Source of the DNA: the human T2T-CHM13v2.0 reference genome, Homo sapiens | Strand: one strand, 5' to 3' | DNA length: 64,000 nt | Assembly: GCF_009914755.1 (NCBI RefSeq) | Contig: NC_060939.1 | Shown: positions 15,071 to 29,179 of the stretch, one piece after another | Position numbering within the stretch: the stretch's first letter is position 1 | Layout of the letters: each line of letters starts with the position of its first letter | Notes under the pieces: generated by a model | Told to the model about the DNA's origin: nothing | The model's database searches: none | Seen by the model: only the letters and a program-made list of their open reading frames with translations | Made by a program: the position numbers and the translations under genes

Positions 15071-18060
15071 CTGATGGACATGGAGACTGATTCCAGTTTT
15101 TTGTAACTATTACTGAGTTGATATGAACAGTTGTGGGTCTCTTGTACACTCCCTACCAGTAGAATTTCTGAGTTATTAAATCTGCACATCCTCAACCTAA
15201 CTTGATATTTCCAAATTATTTTCCAAATTGTTGGACTGATCCACAGTGGAATAGTGCGTTTCTTGATCCATAACCTCCACAGCTGATATTGCTGGACTTT
15301 ATTTTCTAAGTAAGATGGGTGATAAATAGCATCTCATGGTTTTAAATTTACATTTATCCTATTATTAATGGGATTAAGTATCCTTTTGTAAGTTTTTTAC
15401 TGGCCATTTAACATTCCTTTTCTGTGAATTGCCTATACAAGGCTTTTGTCCACCTTCCTACTGGTTGCAATACAGATTTATTTTGTTTTGGATAGGAGTT
15501 ATTTATAGTCTCTGAATATTAGTCCTTTGTCAATTATATGTGTGTTATTAATATTTTTCACAGTTACCAGGCTTGTTTTTTCCATTTCTTTCTGGCATCT
15601 TTGATGAATATGTACTTAATTTTAAGTAGTTTATTAACCTTTTATAAAATTGTTTGCACATTTTTGTCTTAAGAAATCTTCCTTTAAGGTCATAAAAATA
15701 TTAGCCCATATTATTTTCTAAAAGCTTTAGTTTTTAAATAAAAAAGCTTTTAAATAAAAATGTCTTAACTGTGCAATTTGTGTGTGGTGTTAACTAGAGG
15801 TCCAATTTTTTTTTCCACAGGGATAACCAGTTGCCCAAGAACCACTTGAAAGGTTCATCTTTTTCCCACAGATCTGAAATGCCAGCCTACTATTCTGAGC
15901 CGTCAGTCAATTTCATGCCTCAGCCGATTCCAGGCCACAGGTTACAACACATCAACACATTGATAAGTCTTGCCAGTGGGTAAGATGTATTTCCATATCT
16001 TACTCTTCTTCAGTCCCGGCTATTAATTGGTTTATTTGCTCTTCTGTATATATTTTTAAATCAGCATATCAAGTTGAAATTTTTAAAAATCTGTTGGAAT
16101 TTTTACTGGAATTGCTGAATCTACAGATCAATATTTTTTAAATGTCATTTAAAAAATAGACAGCCAATACGTAAATATGGTATATCCTTCCATTTAAGTT
16201 TTCTCCAATATCTCATAGGTTTTGTTGTTATTGTTGTTGTTTTTGAAGAGATGGCGTCTTGTGCTATCCACCAGGCCGGAGTGCAGTTGCTGTCACAGCT
16301 CTTTGCAGCCTCAAACTCCTGGGTTTATGCAACTGTCCTGCCTAGCTTCCCAAGTAGCTGGGATTACAGGCATGAGCCACCATGCCCGGCACAGGTACAT
16401 TTATTATGCTATTTAAATGGTTTACGTTTTTAAATTACTGTATATTACCTATTTATTGCTCACGTATACTTCTTTTCAACAGTTTTCGTATCCTGAAACC
16501 TGCCAAATTGTTACTAATATCCTAGCAATTTATCTACATTTTTGTTTTCTTCCTTTCCAAAATTCACACTTTTTATTTTTCTTTCCAGCTTTATCACTGC
16601 AACTAGAACCTCCAGTACAATCTAAAGTAGAAGTTATAACACAATGAGCAGAAGGGTGTGACAGCCATTCTTGCCTTATTCCTGGCTATGAATAGAGAAG
16701 TTTTAACACTTCATCATTAAGTTCAATCTTCATTTTAGGTTTTTTATAAATATCCCACATCAGATTACAGAAGTTCTCTTCTGTAACTACATTGCAAAGA
16801 GGTTTTATCACAATAGATGTTGAATTTTACTACATGTCTTTATATCTGTTGAAATGATCATGATTTTCTTCCTTTAATCCATTAATATAGTGAAATTACA
16901 TGTTAAACCAATCTTGAATTCCTTGGGATAAACTCGATTTGGATATGAATAATCATCTTTTTATACTATGCTGAATTGTTTGTTAATGAGGATGATAATT
17001 TTTGCATCCATAATCATAAGGTTGGTATATAATTCTCCTATATTGTACTATCCTTAACAGACTTTTGGTATCAAAGTTATGCTATCTTCATATGATTTGG
17101 AGAATACTGCCGATTGTTGGGTTTTTCTCTGCTATATTTTGAAATGGTTTAAGTAGGACTGAAATTATTCTTTGAATGTTTGGCAGAACTAGAGAGTTAA
17201 ACCATCTGGGTCTTTACTTTATGGAAAGATTTTTGCCAGCCAATTCAATTTCTTAAATGACTATAGAATAATTCAAGTTTCCTATTTCTTCTTGACTCCA
17301 TTTTAGCAAGTTATGTTTTCCAGACATTTTTCCATTTTAGCACTTTTAAGTTTACTGGCACAGAGTTGTTCATTATATCCTATTATTACCTTATTAACTT
17401 CTGCAGCATTTTTCTTTCTGGGTATCACATATTTCTGCCTCCTCTCTTTTCTTCTTGATCATCTTGCTGGTGTTTTGTCAGTTGTGTTACTCTTCTTTAA
17501 AGTCATTCATTCAAAAATATTTATTTATATATACTATGCTTTCTATATGTCCAAAGTACAGTGAGCCACATTAGGAACATTACCAGGTCAAAAGTGTCAA
17601 ATGTTCCTCAACAATGTCAATGAAAAACAAAACAAAAAAGTTTCCTAGTCAAGAGAATCAAAAATTGTCTATATTGCTAGTAATTGTTTAAATTAATAAC
17701 TTTATATTTTTAGAGCACCTTTAAGTTTACAGAAAAATTGACTGAAGGTTCCCACATACTCTCTCCTCCCACCCACACAGTTTCCCCTATTATATCTATC
17801 TTGTATTAGCATATGGTGTGATACCTTTGTTACAACTGATGAACCAATATTGATGCATTATGATTAATTAAAGTCCATAGTTTACATTAGGGTTCACTCT
17901 TTGTATTTGTTAGCTGGGTTAATCTTTTCCAAAAACAAACTTCTGGCTTCACTGATCCTTTCTATAAAATGTCTGTTTACTATTTCATTAATTTATGCTT
18001 TACTATTTCCTTTCATCTACTTACTTCAGTTTTGTACTTTCTCTAAATTCTCAAGTGGGG
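14470..18060 (-). mobile_element. Old L1M (L1ME/MC-like) fragments
   Basis: T-rich L1 3'/ORF2-like antisense motifs; interrupted by the inverted copy and by a partial Alu at ~16220-16392. Confidence 0.65.
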
Positions 18061-18393
18061 AAAATATAAGCATTTCATTATTTCACTCAACCTAGTTTTC
18101 TTCAGCCTCCTCTAGATAGTATCTTGGGCCAGCTTCCCTCCCAACCCACACATCAATTCCCAAATCGATCTTCAAGTCTATTGGGTCTACCCTGTGGATT
18201 CAATTTTGCTTCTCCGTCTCCTCTTCTCTCTATTCTCTGTCACCTGATAAACCCTATTGATCATATCCTAAATTCATTATGGAAACGAATATATCTTTAT
18301 TTTTCTACTGCCAAGTAAATTATTCCAAGCCCTTTCAACTCATAGCTACAAATAAAGATCTCTTTAATTTTATTTCCTCAAACGCTATTTTCA

Positions 18394-18690
18394 GGCTAGG
18401 TGTGGTGACTCACACCTGTAATTCCAGCACTTTGGGAAGTCAAGGCAGGAGGATTGCTTGAGCCCAGGAGTTCAAGATCAGCCTAGGGAACATGGCAAAA
18501 CCCTGTCTCTACAAAAAATTAGCCAGGTGTGGTGGTGTGCACCTGTAGTCCCAGGTACCCAAGAGGCTGAGGTGGGAGGATCACCTGAGCCCAACAGGGC
18601 GAGGTTGCAGTGAGCCGTGCATGATCACACCACTGCACTCTAGCCTGGGCAACAGAGTGAGATCCTGTCTCAAAAACAAAAACCAAAAAA
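18394..18690 (+). mobile_element. Alu (J-like)
   Basis: Full Alu with a degenerate TSD ending CTATTTTCA. Confidence 0.92.
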
Positions 18691-19087
18691 CCCACTATTT
18701 TCATCACAATCCTCAGGCACAAGCAGCTTTCCTTTGATACTTAGGTTAACTTTTAAGGTCTTCTATAATCTTATTCTCCCTGCCAGTATGTTTTCTCTGT
18801 CACTAGTCTCTAGGCAAACACTCCACTCAAATAGAGCACAACACACAAATTAGCCTTTATCCGTCTTATTTCCCACTACCTGGTAGCTTTTCTGTCTTCT
18901 CCTCAAACCACTCAACTCATTCACCTACAAAGAATCTCTTGCGCTGTGAAATCTTCCACAATGGTGTATCATTTGCTTGCTGCAAAAACTCACTTTTGCA
19001 CTTAGGATAAAGCAATACAAAGCAATACAGAAGTAACTATTTTTCTCCTCAGCATTTTTATCTTGCAAAATGGATTGGCAGCTTTTA

Positions 19088-19294
<207 letters not shown>

Positions 19295-21790
19295 TCAAAT
19301 CTATATCTTTTTTAAAAGGGGTCATGGATCATACCTATAGATTTAAAATCTGGTCATAAGAATTGGTTTAGTAAAGATTTTCTATTTACCTATGCTAGGT
19401 GACAAAAGAGATTTATTAGACTTTTGAACAGAATATCATCTGGAAGGACACAGAGGCTAGCACTCTATAATGCTGTAATCTTATCTCCAACCCTGTGGAT
19501 CTACTCAACCTCATCTGAAAAGTTGTCAAGTAACTTTAGAGAACATACTCTTTTGCCATATTTCCCCATGCATGGCCTCAGCTGGAATTTGCTAAACTGT
19601 CTTAAGAAAATACTTACTTATCAAAGAAATTCAGGAACATTATCCATATCTCTTACTGTTTGTAATATAGCATGTGGAGGGCATAAACATACTGTAACAA
19701 CCAATGAAACCTAGTATCCAAATCTAAACCTAGGAATCTACTTTAAAGCAAAAGAATCTTCGAATATATTTATAGTTACTTTTATTAAGCAGACTACATA
19801 CAACTAAAGTCTATGAGATTTTATGTGATATAAACAGGTGATTCTGTGTAAAGAATGTCAGGGGTATGCATAATTACTACAACTGGGTTGGAGTAAGCAA
19901 AGGAGGGTTTTTTTCCTTCAAGACAAGTCTTTATTGCACTTTAGGAACTTCAGCAAAGCTATGGAATCTCTGTATTGTTCAAACCAGAGACCAATGAGTA
20001 GGAGAACTGAAGATATTTAACACTGCTATCTGTCTGCAATGTAAATATGTATTAGCATATAATCCTAGAGCATCACTTTCCTGCTACCCAGTAAAGCTGA
20101 ATTTATTCTAAGTACACCAAGTATATACCTCCCTAGAAAATAATTATCAAGCAAGCAGGAACTTTGCTTTATTCACAGCAGTATCCCTAGGACCAGAACA
20201 ACGCTTGTCATATAGAAGACCTTCAGAAAATACTTGTTGAATGGATGAATCCCAGGTTTTTTAGGATAGTAGCAGCTTAACATAATTTTAAACAATACAT
20301 TTAAAGTAATTTGTTACACCCCACTAACTTTCCACTTGAATAAATTCATAAAGAAAAAAAAAACCCTTTTATCAGCCTTCACATTCTCAAAATGTGAGCA
20401 GTAAAATTATAAAAACTCATGGAGGCAGGGGTTACTCACTGGATTTGTACTAAAACTCATTCACAGCTGGCTTCACTTGTAAGTGATCCACTATCTGTCT
20501 TTCTGTCAGTTTCCATACTCACATTACTTCAGCTCTTCTATCAATGACAACAGCCACCTAATCTCTGACTTTGGATCCATCCTAAGCATGTCTACCAATC
20601 TAATCTTTCTCATGTTTTATTTGATTACATCATTCCTGCTCCATGTTTTCCCCCAAAGGCTCCCTACTGCCTAATAGTAGACATTAATGATCGTTTTCAT
20701 GGTGAAGCGTTTACCTTCCCTCTCATTATTATCACATTTAATCCTATAGCCTATAAAGCAGGTATAGTTTTCATCCTGTTTTACAGATGCTGTATATTGA
20801 AGCTCAAAAAGGCAAGGTATGTAACTTGAAAATGGAGATCTGAACTTAGGTTGTCTAACTCCAGAGCTGGAGCACTCAACTCTTATCCCAGTTCCTAGCT
20901 GGCATGAGCAGCTCTATGAGATATGACTCAGCCTGCTTCTTCACCTCGCCAACTGGTCCTTCATCTTCAGGATGGTAAATATGTTTTATTTCATATGCCC
21001 ATCCCAATCACTTTGCTGTGGTTACCTAAACTACCAAGAGGTTTGAAATCAAGAGGAGGCTTAGCATGAAGGAGCGCTATGGAGTTACAGCAGTATCTGT
21101 CAGAAGAACATACCATGGGTTAGCTATCTCTGCCTTTCCCATATACTGGGCTTTGACCACATATATTTCCCTCTCCCCTTGATGACACATTCCCACCTGT
21201 AATGATTATCTCCATTTGTCATCTTGAGCCCCCTTCAAGTGTCATCTCTAATACTAATTATGTTGTGAGGTCTTTTCCTAACCCCTCACTTCCTAATCCT
21301 CTAGTTCTCCCAACCTTAGAGTCTACTTTTTTCTCTTGTTTGTCTCATTTTGCTCTGCTCCCCGTTAAAACCTCCCCTGGGCTAGTGCCCTACTCATAAA
21401 TCTCCACCTTCAGACATACTAAGCAAAATATCTTGAACTTAACAGACGTTTGATAAATATCTGATGAATTAAATAGGATCACATACCACAGACTCTAAGG
21501 ACATTATGTCAAGACTACAGACATTTTATATGTAAAGCCATTTCAAAAACAAAAAATTCAAGTTCTGCTTTAAAAAACAACATGACATAATATATAGAAG
21601 AATGCTACTCACTAGGTAACCGTGTTCATTTCAAATGCTTTATAGCAAAGCAGGCTTCCCTAACATCACACAAAACTTTTAAAGAAAGAAGACTTGCTTC
21701 TTAGCAAACATCACTCTCAGCTGTCCACAGCTTCACTCCACTGAGACATACAGAGACACATCTCCCTTATTTATCAAAATAAGCCATTTA

Positions 21791-21901
<111 letters not shown>

Positions 21902-22730
21902 TTATTTCCTGTGACTAAAAATTAAATATGTATTACAAATGGCCCAGAGGCTAAAGGTCGGGGCAAAAGAAAAAAATAATAATAAACGCTGGGAGGTGGC
22001 AAGCTTCTCAAACCCCTTAAACCAAGAACCCAGTGAATGTTTATTGATGAGATAGACCACCAAGGCCTAAGTCCAGTTCGAGCACTAAAGTCAGTATCCT
22101 ACCACGATTACACTTAAGGAGTTTGCTCATCCTTCCGGATCCAAAGGCTGCGATGAATCACGCAGCTCGAGGGGACTGGGTGCACAGTGACACCAGTAAC
22201 CCTGCCGGTGGAGGAGTACTCCAGTAAACATCTCCAGGCCAATGACCACGTACAGGAAGGGTTGCATCCAGGAGGGAGAGAAAATGCTGAAGAAGATGCT
22301 CCCTTTCTCTCTTCAGTCTTCCCCCAAGTCCCTCATTCTGACATTCTCGCTCGTCCTCGCGCGAGGTCAAATACCCAGCTTTATTCCTGCCCATGGAGCC
22401 CGAACAAAGTTTTGGGTCACGTGCTTATTATCCAAGCAGGTGCACTGTCGGTCTTTCATTCCTTTCTAAATAAAAAGGAAAAACCTCTACACTACATGCC
22501 CTTCATTTCTGCAGGGTCCCAGATTCGTTCTCTTTGAGGATCCTGGGTCCACACAGACAGGCGACCGCCCCGGCCCCAGACGGGAAGCGGCACTCCGGGG
22601 ACCGAAGCTCCCAGCCCGCGCTCGGCCCCAGCCCCTGTTCCCGCCTCAGAGCCGCAGCGAGCGGGTTCCTCCGGCACCGCCCAAAGGCTGGCCTAGGAGG
22701 TTCCAGCCCCCAGCGCCAGCCCACACTCAC

Positions 22731-22830
22731 CGGCTGCAGCAGCCCCACCAGCCCCGCTCCTTCTCTCGGGTCGCACCCACACCGAGAGCTTCCGAAAGTC
22801 CGAGAGCTCTGCGGGTCCGACACGCCCGCG
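22731..22830 (-). other. EFL1: EFL1 non-coding exon 1 (5' UTR; 5' end approximate)
   Basis: Consensus donor CCG|GTGAGT on the minus strand at 22731/22730 inside the CpG island, upstream of the exon 2 acceptor. Confidence 0.75.
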
Positions 22831-22996
22831 CGCCAGGGGGCGGGGCCGGCTGTCGCTCGACCTTTCACCCGCACGTCTCTGACGCCGCCGGAAGCCGGCG
22901 CCGAGTCTGTCACCGGGCATCCCTCTGTTGCCTTGACTACGGCGGGCGCTGTGGGAGTGGAGAAGCTGCAAGTGCTGAGGCGCGGTGGAGGAAAGC

Positions 22997-23049
22997 ATGG
23001 GAGCCAAGAGTATGAGGAGCTGGTGTCTGTGTCAGATTTGTAGCTGCGG
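22997..23049 (+). CDS. SAXO2: SAXO2 coding exon 1 (Cys-rich N-terminus)
   Basis: AGCATGG Kozak; MGAKSMRSWCLCQICSC(G), then GG|GTAAGA donor, phase 2. Confidence 0.92.
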
Positions 23050-24148
23050 GTAAGAAACGGCTGGTGTAGCGGCGGGCCCGGGCTTGGGAGCCGACCTAGG
23101 GCCTAGGTGCACGGAGCCGGCTCCTCGGGAACCCTGAGAGTGGCCGTCCCCCGGAGATGAAGGGACGAGGGCGCAGCGACATCCCCACTTATCCCGCTCC
23201 GCGAATACTCGCTCCTCACCCGCCTGCTACCCGGGGGTAAAACGTTTGTTCGTAGCCCCTGAGACTCCCAATCAAGGATGCAAAGTAAAATGCCACCCGG
23301 GCCAGGTAAGTAATATATGTGAAGCCGCGACGGGATATAACGCTGGTGAGTAGTGGGATGTGATCCGACTGGGAGAGTGCATTTCCACCCCATAATCCCC
23401 CACCACGAAGATGAGAAAGAACAGTGCTCAAGGCCCTGAGTCTGCAACCCATATCACATTTTCTTTCATCTGTAGCTTTCTGTCCTCCCAGCCAGACCAT
23501 ATTCCCATTCCCGTCCAGGCAGCAGTTCTTTGGGATCCGCCTGACTGAAAAGTCAGTAAGTAGTCCCTACCCTGAAATCTAGAATCCAACTGTGAGTCCT
23601 GCCTAACAACCTTCCATCACCTGTAAACACAGTCCTCTCCTTCCTCAGCTTCACTATTGACCCAGGGATTAGATCATTATTTGCTAAGTAAATATGAACG
23701 TTGTCAATCCCTGGTGTATTTGTAATCCCATTCAAAGAAAACACCTACATGTTGATGGAAAGCAGTTTTTTTAATAGTCTCATAATAAACACAGTTCATA
23801 ATTATATATAGATTAAAATATCAACAAATTAACTTTGGGTGTATGAATCCTCAGACTGGTGTGCAGGAGAAAATTTTTACTTTTCTCCTAATTTATATTC
23901 AACGCAAGTTCCTTTCTCATTCAACTGTAAGGAAATTCAGTCTTCATTATGTTGAGGGCCACCATTGGAATGGCGTGATTTTACTTCTTGTTTGTTTGTT
24001 TTGGGCTGTGGTTGTTAGTTTTGTCTTTTTAAGGGTTTATTTTTATTTTTTGACAATGCAATAAATACACAAGAAGTATCATAAAAATCTAAGCAAAAAT
24101 ATCTATAATATTGTAAAACGCCTTCATAATTCTATCTTCCACAGATAA

Positions 24149-24476
<328 letters not shown>

Positions 24477-25254
24477 TGCATTGATTTTTTTTTTTTTTTA
24501 ACAAAAAAAGAGAATATTCTGAGCATACTATTCTACAATCCGGTTTTTTACTATTTACAATCTCACCAACTTCCAATGATCATGCATAAAGACCACCCTC
24601 ATTCTCTTAAATAACTGTATACTATTAGCTTATATGATATATTGGTCAAGGTTCTTAGTTGTGGATAACGTAATCTCCTCTGGTTAGTCTAGGCAAAAAG
24701 GAATTTATTAAGGAGTATATATATAGTTCACTTGGAAGAACTTAAGAAATCATTTTCAAAATAAGCTTCCACAAAAATTTTACCACAGACCAGGACTGAC
24801 AAGGGAGCCACTGCCTCTGCCATAATCAGAAAATTGCAACAGAGCTGTAGACTCCAGAATCACTCGTCTCTTCCAAGGTCAAGAAGCTGCCAAGTTAGGA
24901 AACCAGCTTGCAAATCAAGATGCCGCCTAACAACTTCTAGCTCCAATCTCTTGTTGCCTCTATTATGTTCCATGCAAGCAAAATAAATGTTGTGCCTTGA
25001 CTCTCTCCTTATGTAGCTCTCTTCTGAATCAAAGTATCATGTGAATACACATAGTAGGTGAAACCTAAATTGTATGTGGAACCTTTCTGCAAGAGCATGG
25101 GAAATTCCCTATTAGCTTTTCAGCTTCTATAGTGTAAGAAGACACTAAATTGTTATGAGACACTTAATTGCTGTGCTTCCACCACATAGGGATAGACCAT
25201 TATTTATTGATTGTTTTTGTAAACACCATTACAGAGGAAACAGTTTTTGGGGGT

Positions 25255-25557
25255 TTTTTTGTTTTTAGTTTTTTGAGACAGAGCCTTGTTCTGTCACCCA
25301 GGCTGGAGTGCAGTGGCAGGATCTTGGCTCACTGCAAGCTCCGCCTCCCAGGTTCACGCCATTTCCCTGCCTCAGCCTCCTGAGTAGCTGGGACTACAGG
25401 GTACCCGCCACCACGCCTGGCTAATTTTTTTGTATTTTTAGTAGAGACGGGGTTTCACCGTGTTAGTCAGGATGGTCTCGATCTCCTGACTTTGGGATCC
25501 GCCTGCCTTGGCCTCCCAAAGTGCTGAGATTACAGGCGTGAGCCACTGTGCCCGGCC
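25255..25557 (-). mobile_element. Alu (Y-like)
   Basis: Antisense Alu with Y-type GCAAGCTCCGCCTCC...GTTCACGCCATT; TSD CAGTTTTTGG; about 130 nt before SAXO2 exon 2. Confidence 0.93.
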
Positions 25558-25684
25558 CAGTTTTTGGTTTTTTAGTAAAGCTCTAGAATTTAGAAATTGT
25601 GAGTTTATTAGAGGTCTCTGATTAAAACGCAGTTATAACACAAAATTTTTTTAAGGTTAATCTTTCAGTTTATTCTTTGCACAG

Positions 25685-25864
25685 GCGACATCATTGTCCA
25701 CGTGGAACCACAAGGATTTATGAAAATTCTGGGGTGTTTTGCCCTACAACTGAATATTTGGAAAAATATCCTATGTATGACAATGTTCTTCCACCTCAGA
25801 GTCTTAAACCCAAGCAAGAAATTCGAGCATGCCATGGTAAAATGGAAGGAATAACTACATTTAA
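25685..25864 (+). CDS. SAXO2: SAXO2 coding exon 2 (180-nt symmetric cassette)
   Basis: CAG acceptor after a pyrimidine tract, AA|GTAAAT donor. RHHCPRGTTRIYENSGVFCPTTEYLEKYPMYDNVLPPQSLKPKQEIRACHGKMEGITTF(K); phase 2-2. Confidence 0.88.
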
Positions 25865-26152
25865 GTAAATATTTAGTAACTATTTGCTTTACTTATTTTT
25901 CTCTCAACTCTTCTGGTGTCAATAAAGTTTTCTAGCTATTTAAATTGAACTGTTCAGTTGATTTAAGTTGAACCAATCTAATAGTCAAGAGACTAGTTAA
26001 GTCACAACTTGAAAAAAAAAAACAGAAAAATGAGAATTAAGTTAGGTTGACAAAGTGTGAGAAGAAAAAAGGGATATAAAAAGTTCTATTTTTTTTTAAC
26101 TTCTTAAAATATCTCATATTTATCTACTTTCCACTGTCACCACCACCTAGAG

Positions 26153-26383
26153 TAGGGTGTCTAATCTTTTGGCTTCCCTGGGCCACATTGGAAGAAGAAT
26201 TGTCTTGGGCCACACATAAAATACAATAACACCAACCATAGCTGATGAGCTAAACAACAACAAAAAAAAAAATCACAAAAAAATCTCATAATGTTTTAAG
26301 AAAGTTTACGAATTTGCATTGGGCCTCATTCGAAGCTGTCCTGGGCTGCATGCAGCCCATAGGCCGCAGGTTGGACAAGCCTG
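26153..26383. mobile_element. MER30 (hAT-Charlie non-autonomous element)
   Basis: MER30-like sequence with a perfect 8-bp TSD ACCTAGAG (26145-26152 and 26384-26391). Confidence 0.85.
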
Positions 26384-27185
26384 ACCTAGAGGAATGCAGT
26401 CACTTTCTAAGTATAATATCTGAATCTACTCTAGTTTTTGCAGTTTGATCTGTTTTCAATACTTCAGCCTGCCCAAATAATTTTAAAATGCAAACCAAAC
26501 CCTATCACTTCTCTGCTTAAGATACTCTTAAACTTTCCCATTATCTTTAATATAAACCAGAATCCTTACCAAAATCACGTAGAGGCATGGTTTGCTCACT
26601 ATTTACTTCTCTAATTCATTTTCACTGTAGTGTCCTTTTCACTCTTTTATGCTCCATTCCATGGGCCATTTTTCATTTCCTTGAAAGTGCCAGGTTTCCC
26701 TTGTCTCAGAGTCTTCCAAGATACTGTTTTCCCTACCTGTAGTTTTCCTTCCCTCTCCTAGCTAATGCTCATTCAATCTATAGATCTCAACTAAATTATC
26801 ACTTGAAAAAGCCTTCTCTGAGACTTTTCAGATTAGGTAAAATTCTTCTATGTAAGCTCCCAAAGCACCTTCCTGTTATTTATCATTAGATTAGTTTCAG
26901 TGTTTCATGAAAGCAGGAACTAAGTCTATTGTTATCTCAGCATTCTATTTTTAGAAAACGAATACAATGCCTACTAGCACATACTAGGTACCCAATATTT
27001 GTTCAGTGAGTGATGAACAAAAATCCTCTTAAGTCTATACTTTTCATTTGGACTTACCTTTTTTGATCTCTGTATTTTTGTCAGGTGGATTAAGTATTAC
27101 ATTTACTCATTATTTTATTTAAACTGTTAATGTATGTGCTGTATTCAAGGTACAATCTTAGTGTTAAGTATAAAAATGTCAAGTT

Positions 27186-27634
27186 TGTGAACCCCAAATA
27201 TCTGAGATAGGTGTCAGTTAATTTAGAAAGTTTATTTTGCCAAGGTTGAGGGTGCATGCCAGTGACACAGCCTCAGGAGGTCCCAATAATATGTGCCCAA
27301 GGTGGTCAGAGCACAGTTTGGTTTTATACATTTCAGGGACACACACATCAGTCAACATATATGTAAGATGAATATTGGTTCTTCCGGAAAGGCGGGACAA
27401 CTGGAAGCAGGGAGGGAGCTTGCAGGTCATATGTAGATAAGAGACAAATAGTTGCATTCTTTTGAGTTTCTGATGAGCCTCTCCAAAGGAAGCAATCAGA
27501 TATGCATTTATCTCAGTGAGCAGAGTGGTGACTTTGAATAGAATGGGAGACAGCTTTGCCCTAAGCATTTCCCAGCTTCACTTTTCCCCTTAGCTTAATG
27601 ATTTTGGGACTCCAAGATTTATCTTCCTTTCACA
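27186..27634 (-). mobile_element. MER4A/MER4A1-like ERV1 solo LTR
   Basis: TG...CA termini, 4-bp TSD AGTT; the minus strand begins TGTGAAAGGAAGATAAATCTTGG, as recalled for MER4A. Confidence 0.82.
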
Positions 27635-29179
27635 AGTTGAAGTTCCTGCTTTCAGGGAACTCAGACATCATATTTCTATAATTTAGGGTTTTAAAAATGC
27701 TCTGTAATAGCTTTAGATTTTGGTGTTAGTTATTTTCATTTCAGATGCAGCTCATTCTTATATAGCAAAGGTGGAGACTTTCCAACTTTTAGTCTAATAT
27801 TTATATTTTTAACATTTCAGGCATTCCTTGCAGTAATAATATTTTGGTGACTCTAGTTACTAGTGTAGGGGTATGGCTCTTCCATAGATGGAAGATTTTA
27901 CTTAGTCCTCAGATTTTGGTATGCAGTAGTGCCATCTAGAAGTGTTAAAATTGCAGACTCCAGAGCTCTATCTAAAAGAGCCAGTAGATAATAGAGTGGG
28001 TCTCAGGAAACTGCATTTTTAACCAGCATTGGTGGTGATTCTGTTGCCACTGATTGAGTGCAGCAGGTCAGGCACTGGACTGCTTAATGAGGATGACATG
28101 GAACATAAAACAGAGAAGGTCTTTGCTTTACTGTTGTTTATAGTCTGTGGGAAAGTCCAGAAATAAAAATATCAGCTAAATAACTAAGATAATTATGGAT
28201 TATGATAAATGAGATGAAGAAATTGAATAACTGGTTGAGATTGATTAAATGGGAATGGTTGTTCTTTTTTCTTCACTTTAATTTATTAATATTTTTTTCT
28301 TGATGCCTTAATGGTTCATATTAGAGATTTGAAATAAATTTTACAATATTTGTGTTTATTGAACAAAGATTTTGCTTTTAACCAGTTCTAAATGTAGAAA
28401 TTGAGAAAATTTAACCTGCCATATCTTTCTTTTAAAAGGCTTTCCAATTCTGGATTTCCCCTGTTGACTTATTCAAGTAAGCCTTAATAATTTAAAAAAC
28501 AAAACAAAACAAGAAATGTCCCAAAGGTCCATATATGCCAGTAAAACTAAAATATTTGTTTATTAAAGTGTCATCTCTTCACTTAGTAAGACATCGGATC
28601 TTTTCTTTATATTTTCACTGGGAAACTAGCAGTATTTCTAAGAGTCATAATCTAGGAGCTTGAAACTCTTGCTTGACTCTCTCATGTTGGCTGTGTTGAC
28701 TAGGCAGTAGAAAGTGGATTTATCTGTACAAACAAAGAAGCATTCTGTACCTTTGTATAGTACAGGAAGTGACTGTGTAAAGAGGTGTCTGAACTTGTAC
28801 AAGATTTTGGATCCTTTATAGCAGTACAGTTGTAGCTCACTTAGATGACTGCCAGAGTTGGCAGGAAGCCTGCCCTGAACGAGTAGGATTCTAGACACAT
28901 CAAATGTTTCAGGATATATCAGATGAATAAGACTGCATTCACCCTCTACTACTACTCCATAGAAAGCTGCTTTGGGTTTGGAGGCATACTTTCTGACACT
29001 TAAATAGTCTAACCAGAGAAACTGGGACTTCTGAGCTTACTCTTTGCTTTTCCCTTCCTGATTCTCTCACTTCCTGACTGCATTTTAGCCTATTCCCCTC
29101 TAGTTCGTATTTGGGAAGAGCAAAGAACAACTCAGATGTCTTGACAAGCAGAGGTATGTGATTTCTACTACTCTTCATC

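Larger units (their letters stand above)
22330..23350. promoter_or_regulatory. CpG island / bidirectional promoter of EFL1 and SAXO2
   Basis: Dense CpG and GC content between divergent first exons. GC box GGGGCGGGGC 22837-22846, half-CRE TGACG 22880-22884, ETS/GABP-type CCGGAAG 22888-22894, X-box-like motifs 22909-22921 and 22927-22940. Confidence 0.9.

Noticed and set aside
22187-23500. Several 100-170-aa ORFs across the CpG island
   Set aside because: Expected from stop-codon scarcity in GC-rich DNA; no recognisable domains; not in the SAXO2 or EFL1 frames.
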